A DNA stretch of 64,000 nt, taken from Octopus bimaculoides (lineage: Eukaryota). This document shows, one piece after another, positions 26,143 through 39,454 of this stretch (positions are counted from its first letter, which is position 1; the number at the start of each line of letters is the position of its first letter). Where the stretch lies: the NCBI RefSeq assembly GCF_001194135.2, contig NC_068997.1, positions 41,877,016 through 41,941,015 of the forward strand, read 5' to 3'. The position numbers were made by a program, and so were the translations under genes. The notes beneath the pieces were generated by a model. The model was not told the DNA's origin, did not search any database, and saw only the letters and a program-made list of their open reading frames with translations.

Positions 26143-26591
26143 CACACACAGAGTCACCTGTGTATTATAGTTAATGTGTATACACTGTTTCATAGGCCAG
26201 TTACTACAGTATTTGTTCAGAGATAACATCTCTTATGCACTTGCTATGTTAAAAACACAATAAGCATCAGAGAGAGGGATGAAAATTCATCCTTGTTGTG
26301 GCCAGTAAGAGCACCAGAGGTATTTCAACCTTTTGGGGCCTTTTCAGTAGCATGCATACTCACGTCAAGTCACATGTTTGACTGAGAAATCATTGTCTCT
26401 AATGTAAGAAAAAGTAAATAAAAACACTCCCTGATGTTGCATACCACTATGTGGCTGATTAAAAATCCTGTATACACAACTGAGGCAGTATTTATTGTGA
26501 TTGTAACAAAGCAAGTCTATAGGAGATGTTATCTGAGGATAAATATTGCTGGCCAGTTACTGCAGCTAAAATAAAGCATATTGTTATACTT

Positions 26592-26800
26592 GGGGATGGT
26601 GGTATTTTGCCAATTAAACACACACACTATGTCTTTAGTTCAGCTTTATCATTATTATATTTGTTTCTTTGTCAAAGCTCTTCCATCACTTTCTTTTGTC
26701 CAGAAAGACAAATGGACAAAGCAGAGCAAGAGGAGACATGGGATAAAGAGTCACTGAAGAGGTCACAGGATGTGTGACAAAAGAGATTTGACAAAGAAAC

Positions 26801-26837
<37 letters not shown>

Positions 26838-26895
26838 GTAAACCTGAAGTAAAGATATAGTGCATATGTTTAATTGGCAAAATATGACCATCCCT
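26592..26895. mobile_element. Foldback/MITE with ~100-bp inverted arms and a ~90-bp spacer
   Basis: Left arm gggatggt...ttttgccaattaaaca...gtttctttgtcaaa. Right arm tttgacaaagaaac...tgtttaattggcaaaata...accatccc, with an expanded (AAT)n. Confidence 0.75.
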
Positions 26896-27565
26896 ACATG
26901 TACAGTAGTTTGAATATATGTCACATGGTAATAACATGAACTTCTTAAGCACACAGCCAGGCCTGCATGAGTGGGAAGGTGTATGTAATATATAATGTAA
27001 TTCACAATATGTAACAAATAATCATGTTTTGTTACTACATATATGTAAGATGGTATAACTATCTTATAAACAAACAGTTACATTTTGTTTTATCTCACAC
27101 ACATACACACAAACATATATATATGGCCATGCTGGGGTACCACCTTGAAGAGTTTTAATCTAACAAATTGACCCCAGAACTTATGTTTTTAAGCCTAGTA
27201 CCTATTCTATTGATCTCTTTTACTGAACTGCTACACAGGTGTAAGCATACCAACATTGGTTGCGAAGCAGTAGTGGAGGACAAACACAGACACATATATA
27301 ATTATATATGTGAGTAAGGCCGCTTGACTGCTGTTTCTAGCCAGGCAGTTGTCCAGCATTGAGGAAGAGAAATAACCCAGAAACCATTGGTCTGCTGGCA
27401 CTGCCAACAGCTAGAAGGGGGGCAGTGAGGCTCCCTGCTTACAGTGTGTCTTGGACACATATCATGTGTCAATAAACCAACTGGAAAAGACGTTTTCCTG
27501 GGGATTAAAAAGTAGTAACATAGTTGTAGACAGGACTGCCACATTATGTTGGCAAATAAACTTTA

Positions 27566-27601
<36 letters not shown>

Positions 27602-28332
27602 NNNNNNNNNNNNNNNNNNNNNNNNNNNNNNNNNNNNNNNNNNNNNNNNNNNNNNNNNNNNNNNNNNNNNNNNNNNNNNNNNNNNNNNNNNNNNNNNNNN
27701 NNNNNNNNNNNNNNNNNNNNNNNNNNNNNNNNNNNNNNNNNNNNNNNNNNNNNNNNNNNNNNNNNNNNNNNNNNNNNNNNNNNNNNNNNNNNNNNNNNNN
27801 NNNNNNNNNNNNNNNNNNNNNNNNNNNNNNNNNNNNNNNNNNNNNNNNNNNNNNNNGTTTCTGTCTACTAAATCCACTCACAAAGCTTTGGTTGACCCAA
27901 TGCCATAGCAGAAGATACCCCAGGAGCTACAGTGAGACTGAGCCCAGAACCATGTGGCTTGGAAGCAAGCTTCTTACCACACAACCATGCCTGTCATATT
28001 TTGTTTTATTTGACACACACACACACACACACACACACGCATGCAAATATACATATATACACATTGAAATGCATACACAGAAATACACATATGCAAGTGC
28101 AGCATGGTCAAGTGTAAAGAAATTCAAACCATAAGGTCCTGGGTTTGAACCCAGCCGGTGGCATCTTGGGAGATTGTCATTTTTCTACACTCTTGAACCA
28201 ACCCATACCTTCTGAGTGAAATTAGGCACACAGAAACTGGATTCCCAGACAGATTGCATCTTTAATTCAAAAGGAACTAAAACATTGCCACACACACTAC
28301 ATCATACAGATCCTGTCTGAGAATTATATTAA

Positions 28333-28510
28333 TGCTTTAGCATTTAAATTCGTCATATCCAACCTCTCACACCTACCCTACAATGTCGTTATAAAAATAA
28401 ACAATCACATCATCATAATCTTGAAGCTAAAAGATAATGCAAGGTTAATTCAAAACAATGTGAATAAAGAAGCATTACATTTGACAAAGTAATCTGGATG
28501 CTAAAGGGTT
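28333..28510. mobile_element. MITE family M1
   Basis: ttaa-tgctttagcatttaaa ... gtaatctggatgctaaaggg. Confidence 0.75.
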
Positions 28511-28944
28511 GAAGGCGCAGACGTCTGAGAATTCTCAGCCACTTAATAAGTTATTAATTCAGATGACCAAACAGCTGAATCTTTATTGATCAAACAGACG
28601 TCCACTACATATGCATGTACATGTACGTTTGAGACAAGTTGATTTAATATAGCAACTCTTGCTATGTTTAACATAGATGCACGAATGGTTACAAAGCTTG
28701 CTTTACAATCACAAAGTCCTGAGTTAAATCCTACAGCATGGCTAAAGTAACAACACATTTTCTCATGTAACAGCATACTACAATTCCTGCTCCATCAAAC
28801 ACCTCAAAACAGAAAACTATGTTGTCATTCTCCACACACACACACACACACACACACAATCTAGTCGATCAATATTCCTTACTCACTTATATGTTGTTTC
28901 CCTATTTAGTAAAATGCTAATCATAGTTGTAAATATTGTTAATG

Positions 28945-28977
<33 letters not shown>

Positions 28978-30366
28978 GTGGAAAGTCAATCCCTTATTGT
29001 AACATCATATAAGATTTAGCGACCAAATAACTCCTATTTTTAAATGGATGATACAGGAAATGTTTAAGGAATGGTTCTCATCAAAAATATTTGAAAATAA
29101 TTGACAAAGGCAGCTATAAATATTAGAATAGAGAAAGAAACTGCAATGCTGAAAATACTAGCCAATGATCAAGATGCCGGAATCTGGGATTCAACCATCA
29201 GGTGACCTGTTTTAATCAACTGTTGGAAAATCACTAAAATTCTCTATGACACAATGGTGCACTTGCCACAAAGACCAGGAGTTACAGAAGGATTAGTAAA
29301 CACATTTATCCTATAATGTCACATCAAAATCAAGTTAGAAATCAAATTACATAACATAACCGAGAGTTAACAATTTATGAGAGATACTTGATTTGGCGCA
29401 ATGAATAAATCTGTTTTTAAACATTGTTCTTTGCATATGGCTAACACAAGATCAACAACAAAAAAATATCAGATTAAGAGATTTGCAATTTGCAGAACAT
29501 AAATAAATTATTGTTATATGTTCTCTGTTGGTAATGTCATGATTTATGATCCTCAAAACTTCCACTGTTAGTGTTTCTCCCCCACCCCTCAATAGAAACA
29601 ATATTACATCAACCTTATATGCTCTAATCCACTGCTTTTATCACCTCAAGAATCTATTTCATTCTATTTGAATGCATTGCCTCATTCCCGGTTATTCTAG
29701 TAAGACCCCATTTGTCTGTTGTGGGATGATTTCTTCAGCCAGATGCCCTTCCTAACACCAACCACTTTACAGAGTGTGCTGGGTGCTTTTTAAGTGCCAC
29801 TGGCATGGGTGTGTTTACGCAGCACCAGCATGAGTGCCTTTTACATGGTTCCAGCACCTGTAAAGAACAGGCTTGTATGTATGGATGACTGCGATTTTAC
29901 TTAGCTTGGTGTGTTTTCTCAAATACAGCAAATCACCACAATTCCCATCTCTCCCTTCCTTCTTATCATCACTTTTGTCAAGTAAGACATGAAAACTCTC
30001 ATGCTTTATCCAAAGATAAGCAGAACCAGATATGAGATTTGAGCTTGTGACCCAGACAACAGACTAACATCTGATCCATCAGGCCACTGCAACTACTGAG
30101 ATAATGAAATATCTTCAAACAGTTGTAATTGCTCATTCAAATCCTACCAACTCAATAAACAACTTTCATAACAATTATTTCTCACTACAGGAATTTAATA
30201 ACCAATCCCTTGTTTTCTACTGTATGTACAACTTTAAAAGGTCTATTACTTATTAAACACAGAATATATAAANNNNNNNNNNNNNNNNNNNNNNNNNNNN
30301 NNNNNNNNNNNNNNNNNNNNNNNNNNNNNNNNNNNNNNNNNNNNNNNNNNNNNNNNNNNNNNNNNN

Positions 30367-30398
<32 letters not shown>

Positions 30399-30519
30399 AT
30401 AGAGACATTATTGATGTAGGCCAGATCTGATCAGGAAAATCTATGATCAATGACAGTCTATCCATGCCAGTCTTATTATTATCATTACTACTACTACTAC
30501 TACTAAGGTAGCATGCTGG

Positions 30520-30960
30520 CATAACTGTTAGCATGGCAGGTAAAATACTTAGTGACGTTTTATCTGTCTTTACATTGAGTTCAAATTCCATTTAGGTCAA
30601 CTTTGCCTTTCCTCCTTTTAGGGTTGATAAAATAAATACCAGTTGAGCACTGGGGTAAACGCAATAAACTTACCCCTTATCCCTAAATTGCTGGCCTTGT
30701 GCCAATATTTGAAACTCGTATTAAAGGTCATGAGCCAACAGGATCATTAGCACACTGAGTGAAATGCTTAACAGCATTTCATTTGTCCTTACATTCTGAG
30801 TTCAAATTCTACTGTGGTCAACTTTGCCTTTCATCCTTTTGGGGTCAATAAAATAAATACCAGTCGAGCACTGAGGCTGATGTAATCAACTAACCCCACC
30901 ACCACCACCACCACCACCAAAAAAAATTTCAAGCCCTGTGCCTATGATAAAAAGGATTAT
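30520..30960 (+). mobile_element. Two tandem family B SINE units
   Basis: Repeated ctgagttcaaattc...gtcaactttgcctttcatcc...aaataccag...gccttgtgcc units separated by short ATT tracts. Confidence 0.8.
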
Positions 30961-31088
30961 TATTATTATTAAAGGCCAGTTCTACCATCAGCTGATGGAA
31001 ACCTGTCATTGGCAACCAGGTAATCCAGTTCTTCCTGCTCATGAGTGGTTGGTGACAGAAGTGCCCCCATCACTTCTCATTAACTTAC

Positions 31089-31179
31089 CCCAGTGAAGAG
31101 TGTGTGCGACCATCAGGATTGAAAAACAAAACCAGTCAAAAGCAGATAACTTTCTTGAGAACCAACGATCATACATATC
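31089..31179 (-). CDS. Weak candidate exon (91 nt): DMYDRWFSRKLSAFDWFCFSILMVAHTLHWG
   Basis: Acceptor cttcttttcag, donor gg|gtaagt, one open frame. No recognised homology, so it may be chance. Confidence 0.25.
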
Positions 31180-31734
31180 CTGAAAAGAAGATGGGCACTT
31201 CTAGGATTACCAATCTCAATGCCATGCTTTAGTTGTACTCCTGACAGCTCAGGACTGCATAAAGGCCAAGACTGAGAATGCAAAAGATAGGTAAAATAAA
31301 ATAATTCAGGAGTTACCCAAAGGCAGAAATGCTATGAGGATGCCTTGACTCCATATAAGGACCAGATAGGCCAAATCTTTCTTTCTATAAGATGGTGTGA
31401 TTTTGATGGGGGGGGGTGATGTAGTTTGCTGTTTCATGAAAAATCCATTCATTAGTCCTTTAAATTTGATATATTAAATCAACACATCTCATTCACACAA
31501 ACACACACACACACACACACAGATATGTGTAGTGGATCCCCAACATCTAACAATGAGTTCAATCAACTGAATTAACCTGTAAGTGGTTGAGCATTCCTCA
31601 GCTATGTGCACCTTTAAAACAATTCTAGGCAGAATCAGCCCAACATATTTGGAAGACAGTGGGGTGTGGGTTTTTTTTTTGAATGATTTGGTCAAATGGC
31701 GCAAGGGGTTTCCTCAATGGAACATTGGAGTGAA

Positions 31735-32700
31735 GCCATCATCATCATCATCAACCTTCTTTAACATCTTCCTTCCATGCTGGCATGGATTGGACAGTTT
31801 GACAGGAACTGGCCAGGCAGGAGCCTGCACCATGAATTTGTGTGTTTTGGCAGGGTTTTTATGGGTGGATGTCCTTCCTAACACCAACCACTTTGTAGAG
31901 TGGGCTGAGTGCTTTTTATTACGTGACACTTGCACAGGTGAAGTTAATTTTGGCATGGCTTTTACAGCTGGATGCCCTTCCAAATGCCAACCACTTTACA
32001 GTGTGGACTGGGTGCTTTTTAAGTGGTACCTTCACTGGCAGGGTCACCAAGTAACTTTGCAAGACAAGAAATTTTTGAGTGGGGAGGGGGCATTGGAGGA
32101 AGTGATCTTGTGTCGGATGATGAAAGGTTAGAGCATGACAGAGAATCATCATCATCATCATTTAATGTCTATTGTCCATGCTGGCATGGGTTGAACGATT
32201 TGAGCAGGACTGGCAAGCTGTAAGGCTGCACCAGACTCCAGTCTGATTTGGCATGGTTTCTACGGCTGGATGCCATTCCTAACACCAACAACTCCAAGAG
32301 TGTAATGAGTGCNNNNNNNNNNTCCAGTCTGATTTGGCATGGTTTCTACGGCTGGATGCCATTCCTAACACCAACAACTCCAAGAGTGTAATGAGTGCTT
32401 TTATGTGTCACTAGCATGGGTGCCATTTGCGTGACACCAGTATCTGCCACAACTGCGGTTTTACTTGGCTTGATGGGTCTTCTTCTCAAGCACAGCATAA
32501 TGTCAATGGTCTTGGTCATTCATCATTGCCTCCATGAGGGCCAACACTTGTAAGGTGCTTTTCAGGTGCCACCAGCATCAGCCACCTCGCTTCTGTGAGA
32601 CCCAATGCCTGAAAGATGCTTCTGACATGCCACCAACACAGGTGCTAGTTACATGACACCAGCATAGGCCACGACTATGATTTCACTTGGCTTAATGGGT
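31735..32700 (-). mobile_element. Cluster of family C (RTE-tail) copies with internal subrepeats
   Basis: Several catcatcatc...ccatgctggcatgg...gctggatgcc...aaccact units. Confidence 0.75.
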
Positions 32701-34149
32701 CAGTAAAAATATCTTCTATTATCATTTTGTTCCACACTAATTCGTGTTACATTCCCAGGTGCTTTGGTTTCAAACCATCTATGAAAGCTAGTTAAGTACA
32801 TATCGTTACACTGTACTTTAGACAATCAATGCTAGACATCGTTTATAAACAAATCTTTGTGCAAATCATCACGTTACATTAAGAGGCATTAATGAAGTCA
32901 GTAGTTATTTATATGAAGTTAATGATAATTCAGAAAAGATAAATATTCAAATATCACATATATTTTGATACAATTACCATATCCACTTTCTATCCTACTT
33001 AAAATAGAACTGATATTAGATATTAAAATTTTTTGTGGTAGTTTTCTAGTTCATTCATTTTTTATATTAAAACAAGGAATTACTACAAATTTCTCAAGCT
33101 TTTAAATATTTCGTAGAATTTCACAGAATTATAAATTTAGTGACACACAATCAAAAGTTTTGTGAAATGTTCTTGATAACAAATTATCTGTCATGTTTCA
33201 AATACATAATTGATAAGAATCGCTCATGCAACTAGTAAACCTACATTATGGCCAGTATTCAGTGTAGCCTCTTGTTACAAGTAATGTGACATGAAAATTA
33301 ATGAAAGAAGATAACTTATAAACACAACACACACACACATACACACACGAATTACTTCAGTAACAAAAAAAAAAAAATAATAATAAAAAACGGAACTATT
33401 TCCCAGATGCTGTATTTTCAAACTGATAGTGTCCTAAATCAGCTTTACGAGCGCTCAGACTTCAAACTTTAAGCCAAATAAACAACACTGAACAAAGTTA
33501 ACCTACTTTAATGATACAGTGGGTAAATCAGTACTTCATTACAAAACTATAGGCCTTTACATATAAATATTTAAAGCATTGTAGATAGTAACAAATTTTC
33601 CACTACACAAGAGTCTGAAATTCACTACTTAACACATATTGCTGCTAAAAGAACTTCCTTCTCTTTTAATATTATATATTTCCATACAAAAGGTATGTCA
33701 GCTAGCTAGATGGTAAACAGTAGATAAACAGACTTGGTTTTATGCTTTAGCAAAAGTTTGCAGATCTCTTTCAGTATTGGTGAGAAACTGAAATTACTCA
33801 GAAACAGCCTCAATAAATCTTTGGTTTAAACAGCCATCCTTAATATTATCTAAGAAAATCTGATATCAATAAAAAATATTAATTTTTCCAAGATTCTGGA
33901 AACAGTTCCTCCTTGAGCAACAAGAAGAATGCGGGAAAAAAATATATATCACTGACAAAAATTATAACCAATATCAGTATAATATCAAATCAATTCAAAA
34001 GTTGATCAGTCAATTGATTTCTCTCTACTTCATGTAGTTGCCAAGATTCTATGATCCAGACGGTATAAGTTCAATTTCTGTCCAGTTCTCCTAAACTACA
34101 AGTCTTCATTCTAGTTTGTTTACACTACACACTCTTAATAAATATGTAG

Positions 34150-36470
34150 GTGATTCAACCAATTCCCAGCAATAGGATGCCAAGAAGTAAACCAATCTGG
34201 AAAAGAAGGATTTGGAAACTTAGGGACATCCTAATTGAGAAATCTGATGAAAGGGAGGAGGAGCTACAGATTTGTGACATAGAGGGCAACTGGGAATTCC
34301 TGGGGGGACAGCTTACTGAGTGCCAGAGACCAAATTTGTGGCTGGTGCAAATTCCCATCCAGACCTAGGGTAAAGAGGTGGTGGAATGATGCGGTAGACA
34401 GGGCCATTAGAGCTAACAAAGAGGCCTGGAAGAATGGGGGTAGCAGGGAACTGTATCAAAGGGATGCTAGGAGACGAAGTGTATCTAGCCAAGGGAAAAG
34501 CAGAAAAGAAGTTCAGCGACATGAGGACCAAAGAACTGAAGTGTTTCGGATTGCAAGACAATGTGTGAAAGAAAATCGTGATATCATAGGAGAGAAATGT
34601 GTCCATATGAATGATGGTGCACTTACATGTAATGATTCTGCAAAGAAAGAGGCCTGGAAATGCCATCATGAAAGACTGCTGAACGTAGAGAATGAATGGG
34701 AGGAGGAGAGTCTGCCAAATGTTGATCCAATTGAGGGATCGCCTACCCAAATTGACAGTTCCTTGGTAGATAAAGCAATTAAGGATATGAAGACAGGAAA
34801 AGCCCCTGGCCCATCGGGAACCACCACTGAGATGCTTAAAATATCTGGCAGTGTGGATTATCGTCTAGTCACTCATATTGTAAATCAGATGGTTCACAAA
34901 GGAGTCATACCCAATGACTGGTGTAGTAGCACCATAGTCAACTGCTGCAAAGGTGAAGGTGATGCCTTAGATACAAATAATTAGAGGTACCAAATTGCTA
35001 GATCAAGTGATGAAAATTATGTAGAGAGTCATAGCCCAACTAATTAGGGGGAGAGTTAGCTTAGATGAGATGCAGTTTGGTTTTGTGCCAGGGAGAAGCA
35101 CCACTGATGCTATATTTCTAGTAGAGCAGCTGCAGGAGAAATACATAGCCAAAGATAAACCTCTGTACTTGGCCTTTATTGACTTGGAGAAAGCCTTTAA
35201 CAGAGTCTCCTGATCCCTTATCTGGTGATCAATGTGGAAACTGAACTGTACAAGCTATGTATAGGGATGCAACAGTAAGGTGAGGATTGGCAATGAGTAC
35301 AGCAAAACATTCAGGATACAAGTAGTGGTTCACCATGGATCGGTGCTCAGTCCTCTCTTGTTTATCGTAGTCTTCTTGGCAATAACAGAAGAATTCAAGA
35401 CAAGCTGCCCCTAGGAGCTCCTCTATGCTGATGACATTGCTCTTATAGCTAAATCACTACCTGAACTAGAATAGAAGTTCCAGGTATGGAAGCAATGTCT
35501 AGAATCAAAGGGCCTTAGAGTTAACCTAGCAAAAACCAAAGTCTCAGTAAGCAGGAAGGCAGACAAATCACAAATCCTTTCAAGTAGATGGTCCTGTTTG
35601 ACCTGTAGAAAAGGTGTAAGTAGAAACTCCATAAGATGCACTCAACGTAAGTTTGGACACACAAAAGATGCAGCAATATCAGAGGAAGGTTAACAGGGAA
35701 ACTAGCTTTTGTATGTGGAAGATGTACAGGTACAATAAATGCTGAAAATGTGCAGAAAATAGACTCCATCAACTGCCGGGGGGGGGGGGGGGAACTAGAG
35801 GTAGTGGATTGTGAGAATAAGATTAGGCTGGGCAAAGTTCAGATAACTCCTACCCCTGCTAGCAACAAAGGGCCACCTCTCTCAGAGTGAAAGGCAGATT
35901 GCTTGATGCCTGTGTGAAAACAGCTATGTTGCATGGTAGTGAAACACGGGCTGTGACAGTCAAAGACATGCGTAGGCTTGGAAGGAATGAAGCCAGTATG
36001 TTTTGCTGGATGTGCAATGTCAGTGTGCATGTTGGGCTCCATGGAGGCAAAGAGTTATTTTTGAGTGTTGGGAGGCAAAATGGCTGAGTTCCTTTCAAGT
36101 ATTGGGCTTCACGGAGGCAATGACCAAGACCTTTGGTATTATGTTGTACTTGAGAAGAAGACCCATCAAGCCAAGCAAAATTGCAGTCATGGCAGATGCC
36201 GGTGTCATGCAAATTGCACTCATGCCATTGGCACATAAAAGCATCCCGGTGTCATGCAAATGACACCTATGCTGGTAGCACATAAAATCACCCATTACAC
36301 TCTCGGAGTGGTTGGTATTAGGAAGGGCATCCAGCCATAGAAAACCATGCCAAATCAGATTGGAGTCAAGTGCAGCCTTCCAGCATACCAGCCCAGTCAA
36401 ACCGTCCAACATGCCAGCATGGACAACAGACATTAAATGATGATGAAGATGGTGATGATGATGATCATCA
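34150..36470 (+). pseudogene. 5'-truncated RTE-clade LINE; reverse transcriptase with stops and frameshifts, ending in a (GAT)n tail
   Basis: KAIKDMKTGKAPGPSG, IPNDWCSS, FGFVPGRSTTDAIFL, LYLAFIDLEKAF, VHHGSVLSPLLF, LLYADDIAL and KGRLLDACVKTAMLHGSET. Confidence 0.92.
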
Positions 36471-36474
36471 TCAT

Positions 36475-36527
<53 letters not shown>

Positions 36528-37809
36528 TGAAACAGAGCTATTAAACCAAGGAATGACCTAAACTAAATAATCCTTTCCATTAAAAGCAGAAGACCTGAAA
36601 TTTAGGGGAGGGGACTGATTACATTGACCCTGGAAGTACGAAAGCAAAGTTGACAGGCGAACTACCACTAAGCATTTCTTCCAGTGTGCTAACGATTCTA
36701 CCAGCTCACCACCTACACTAAATAATAACAACACTTTATTTTCACCACTGTTCCACACCAGTAGTTTTCATTGTGACTCCATGCTGATGCTTGCAAAATC
36801 TATGTATTTGCTTTATCTGCTAGATGTAGCAACCAAAAATTCCTCAACACCTCAAACTATCATCTTTTAATTAAGGATCACAAGTTTCAAGTCCCAAGTA
36901 TCAGGACAGGTTGCCTCACTATAAAGACAGAGTGAGTGCAACTAAATACCCCATCAAACACTTTGTTCAAACAACTCAGTTAATTGTCATAGACTTACTA
37001 CCTTCATCTTCTCTCTCTTCTGCAAACAGTACTTAAAATATCTTGTATCTTACCTACTGCCATTGCTTTTCTAACACATCCAACCTGAACCAAAGTTTAT
37101 ATGTCAAAATGTCCAGCCAATCACATCCTTTTTATCTGCTTTCTTGTCATATAATTAGTGACCCGATTCCCTAGGGCTTTCTGTTAAGCAAAGGTGTAGC
37201 TGTGCGGTTTAAAAGTGCATTTTACAACAACACAGTTCTAAATTTGATCGTACAGTGCAGCACCTTGAGCAAGTGACCTCTACTGTAAATGAAAGGGGAC
37301 AGGCATTTGTTCTTGGATGACAGATTTGATCCAGCCCCTGATTTAAGATGATAACATAGTCCTTGGGTACCTTTAGTGAGGTCTACTCTGTTACAATAAT
37401 TTAGACCAGGTATCTGATCTGTGGATAATGATATATTGTTGCACTCTTTCCTACTGCAGCAAACTATGAGTGGTGGTTCTGTCTCTCTCTTTACCTCAAC
37501 AGTTTCCAAGGCCCTGCAAAGATCATGAATACTGCCCCTCCTCACTGACTAAGCCATAACAATAGAAATAAATGATTCACTGTTCATAACATAATATAAT
37601 AATATCTCATCATTATACATCATCATATGACATGTTCTGAAAACATTGATCTGATGACAAATACCAAAAATAATGGAGAACCTTTTGAATTAAATACAAA
37701 TCCAAATACACACTTTATTTATTTCAAGCATCAAATATTTCTCATCAGCTCCATTCATCAGAGTGACCAATCCCACAGAGTTAAAAACAGAACGAAAAAA
37801 ATCACCAGG

Positions 37810-39070
37810 GATGAGAAGATGCATTTAACAAAAAAAATCAGCCTAGATGAGATGCAGATCAGATTTGCACCAGTGGTACTATTCTATTCACAATGAAACA
37901 ATTGCAAGAGAAATTTTCAACTAAAAATATACACCTCTACCTAGCATTTGTTAATCTGAAGAAGGCTTTGATAGGGCAGAATCTGTAGTCTGGTGGTCTT
38001 TAAGAAATCTAGGTGTAGATGAATGGTATGTGAGAGTAGTGCAAACCATGTATACAGGGATGCAATAAGCCAAGGTCTGGCACTCAGTTTCCTTCTATTT
38101 ATTACAGTTCTCCAAGGAATAACAGAAGAGTTTAAAACCAGTTGGAACTCGTGTTATGCTGACAACTTGGGTCTTATAGCAGAATTTGTGAAAGACTTCA
38201 GAAATTCAGCAAAAGCTAAAACTGAGAGGCCTCACTGAAAGTAGAAAAGGAGACACAACTCTAATGCTATCAAGGAAAAGGCCGTGCTCACTTTGCAAAA
38301 GAGTAGGTAGGAACTCTGTAGGAACTCTACATACTTTACACAATGTGAAATATGGCTGCACACGAAAAGTACTGGAAGCATAGGAAATTTGATGGTGAAT
38401 AAAGATTTTCTATGTGGCAGATGTACAAGAGTAGTAAAAAGCCAGAGCAATAGCAAAATAAAGTCCTTTCAATACTTGGAAGACTACAGCTTCTGTTATC
38501 TGAGTAACTTTATCAACAGTGGAGGAGGATGCTCCGAATGTGTAGTAACCAGAATAAGGACAGCAAAAGAAGTTCAGGGAGCAATTATCTCAGCTGGCAA
38601 TAAGGGGATTCACCCTTCAAGCAAATGGTAGATGGTATGATGTTGCATGGTTGTGAAGCATGAGCACTGACCATAGAGGATGTGTGGAAAGCTGGAGAGA
38701 AATGAAGCAAGCATCCACTGCTGGATGTGTAATGTTAATATGCATGAGGGACATGGTACAGACGAGCTGAGAGAAATACTAGGTACAATAGGAAATCAAC
38801 TGTAGTATGTAAGAATGAAGATTGCATTAGGACAGACATGTGATGCATACGGAGAATAACAGATGAATAAAGAAGTGCAGGTATATCTAAGTGGAAGGAA
38901 ACTATGGAAGAGAAAGAGCTAAGAAGATCCACGAAGACATGAGCAGAATTGATAAAAGCTAATCTCATGATGTTGAACCTCACAAAGGAGATGACAAAGG
39001 AATAGAACAAATAACAAAACGCTGTGTTGGAAATGACCTAAATAACGCATGGAAAAGTAGACATGAAAAT
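37810..39070 (+). pseudogene. Second, more decayed RTE LINE RT fragment
   Basis: Collinear with 35050-36020: atgagatgcag...tttg, LAFVNLKKA, CYADNL, FCYLSNFINSGGGCSE, ERNEASI. Confidence 0.8.
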
Positions 39071-39382
39071 GATGATGAGATGAAATCCATAACTTGAATG
39101 AAATGTATAACCACAAACAGGAAAAGAAAGCAGAATGGATACTTTGATTGACAAGAAGCTTGCTTCATCTCTGCAATACTGAGGACACTGTTTCAATAAT
39201 GTTTTGTTTTCATTTCTCAAAATAAGATAGGGTTTTAGATATCCAGTACATCACTCAACTAATTCCTATTAAATACATCTTAGCTAACCTCATCTACTGT
39301 TCTTATTTCAGTAGCATACATCAGTTGTTGATTATTTTTATTTTTTATCTTCATTTTTCTATATTGGCAAGAATAGAGATAC

Positions 39383-39454
39383 ATTTTGGACGCATGTATG
39401 CTGCTGGAGCAACTGTTTCGGTGCTTGGTGCTCTTCCTGCTGCAAGACACTCAG
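39383..39454 (-). CDS. Candidate 72-nt phase 1-1 exon: xECLAAGRAPSTETVAPAAYMRPK
   Basis: Acceptor tttcttatttcatag, donor at|gtatct, A/T-ending codons. A 64-nt gtaagt...ag intron separates it from a possible 31-nt exon at 39519-39549. The plus strand is also open, so the strand is ambiguous. Confidence 0.4.

Noticed and set aside
29095-29150. KGSYKY similarity to EF1-alpha
   Set aside because: Six residues followed by a stop, with no other EF1A motifs.
32240-32400. Exact ~70-bp direct duplication
   Set aside because: It flanks a 10-N gap and is most likely an unmerged contig overlap.
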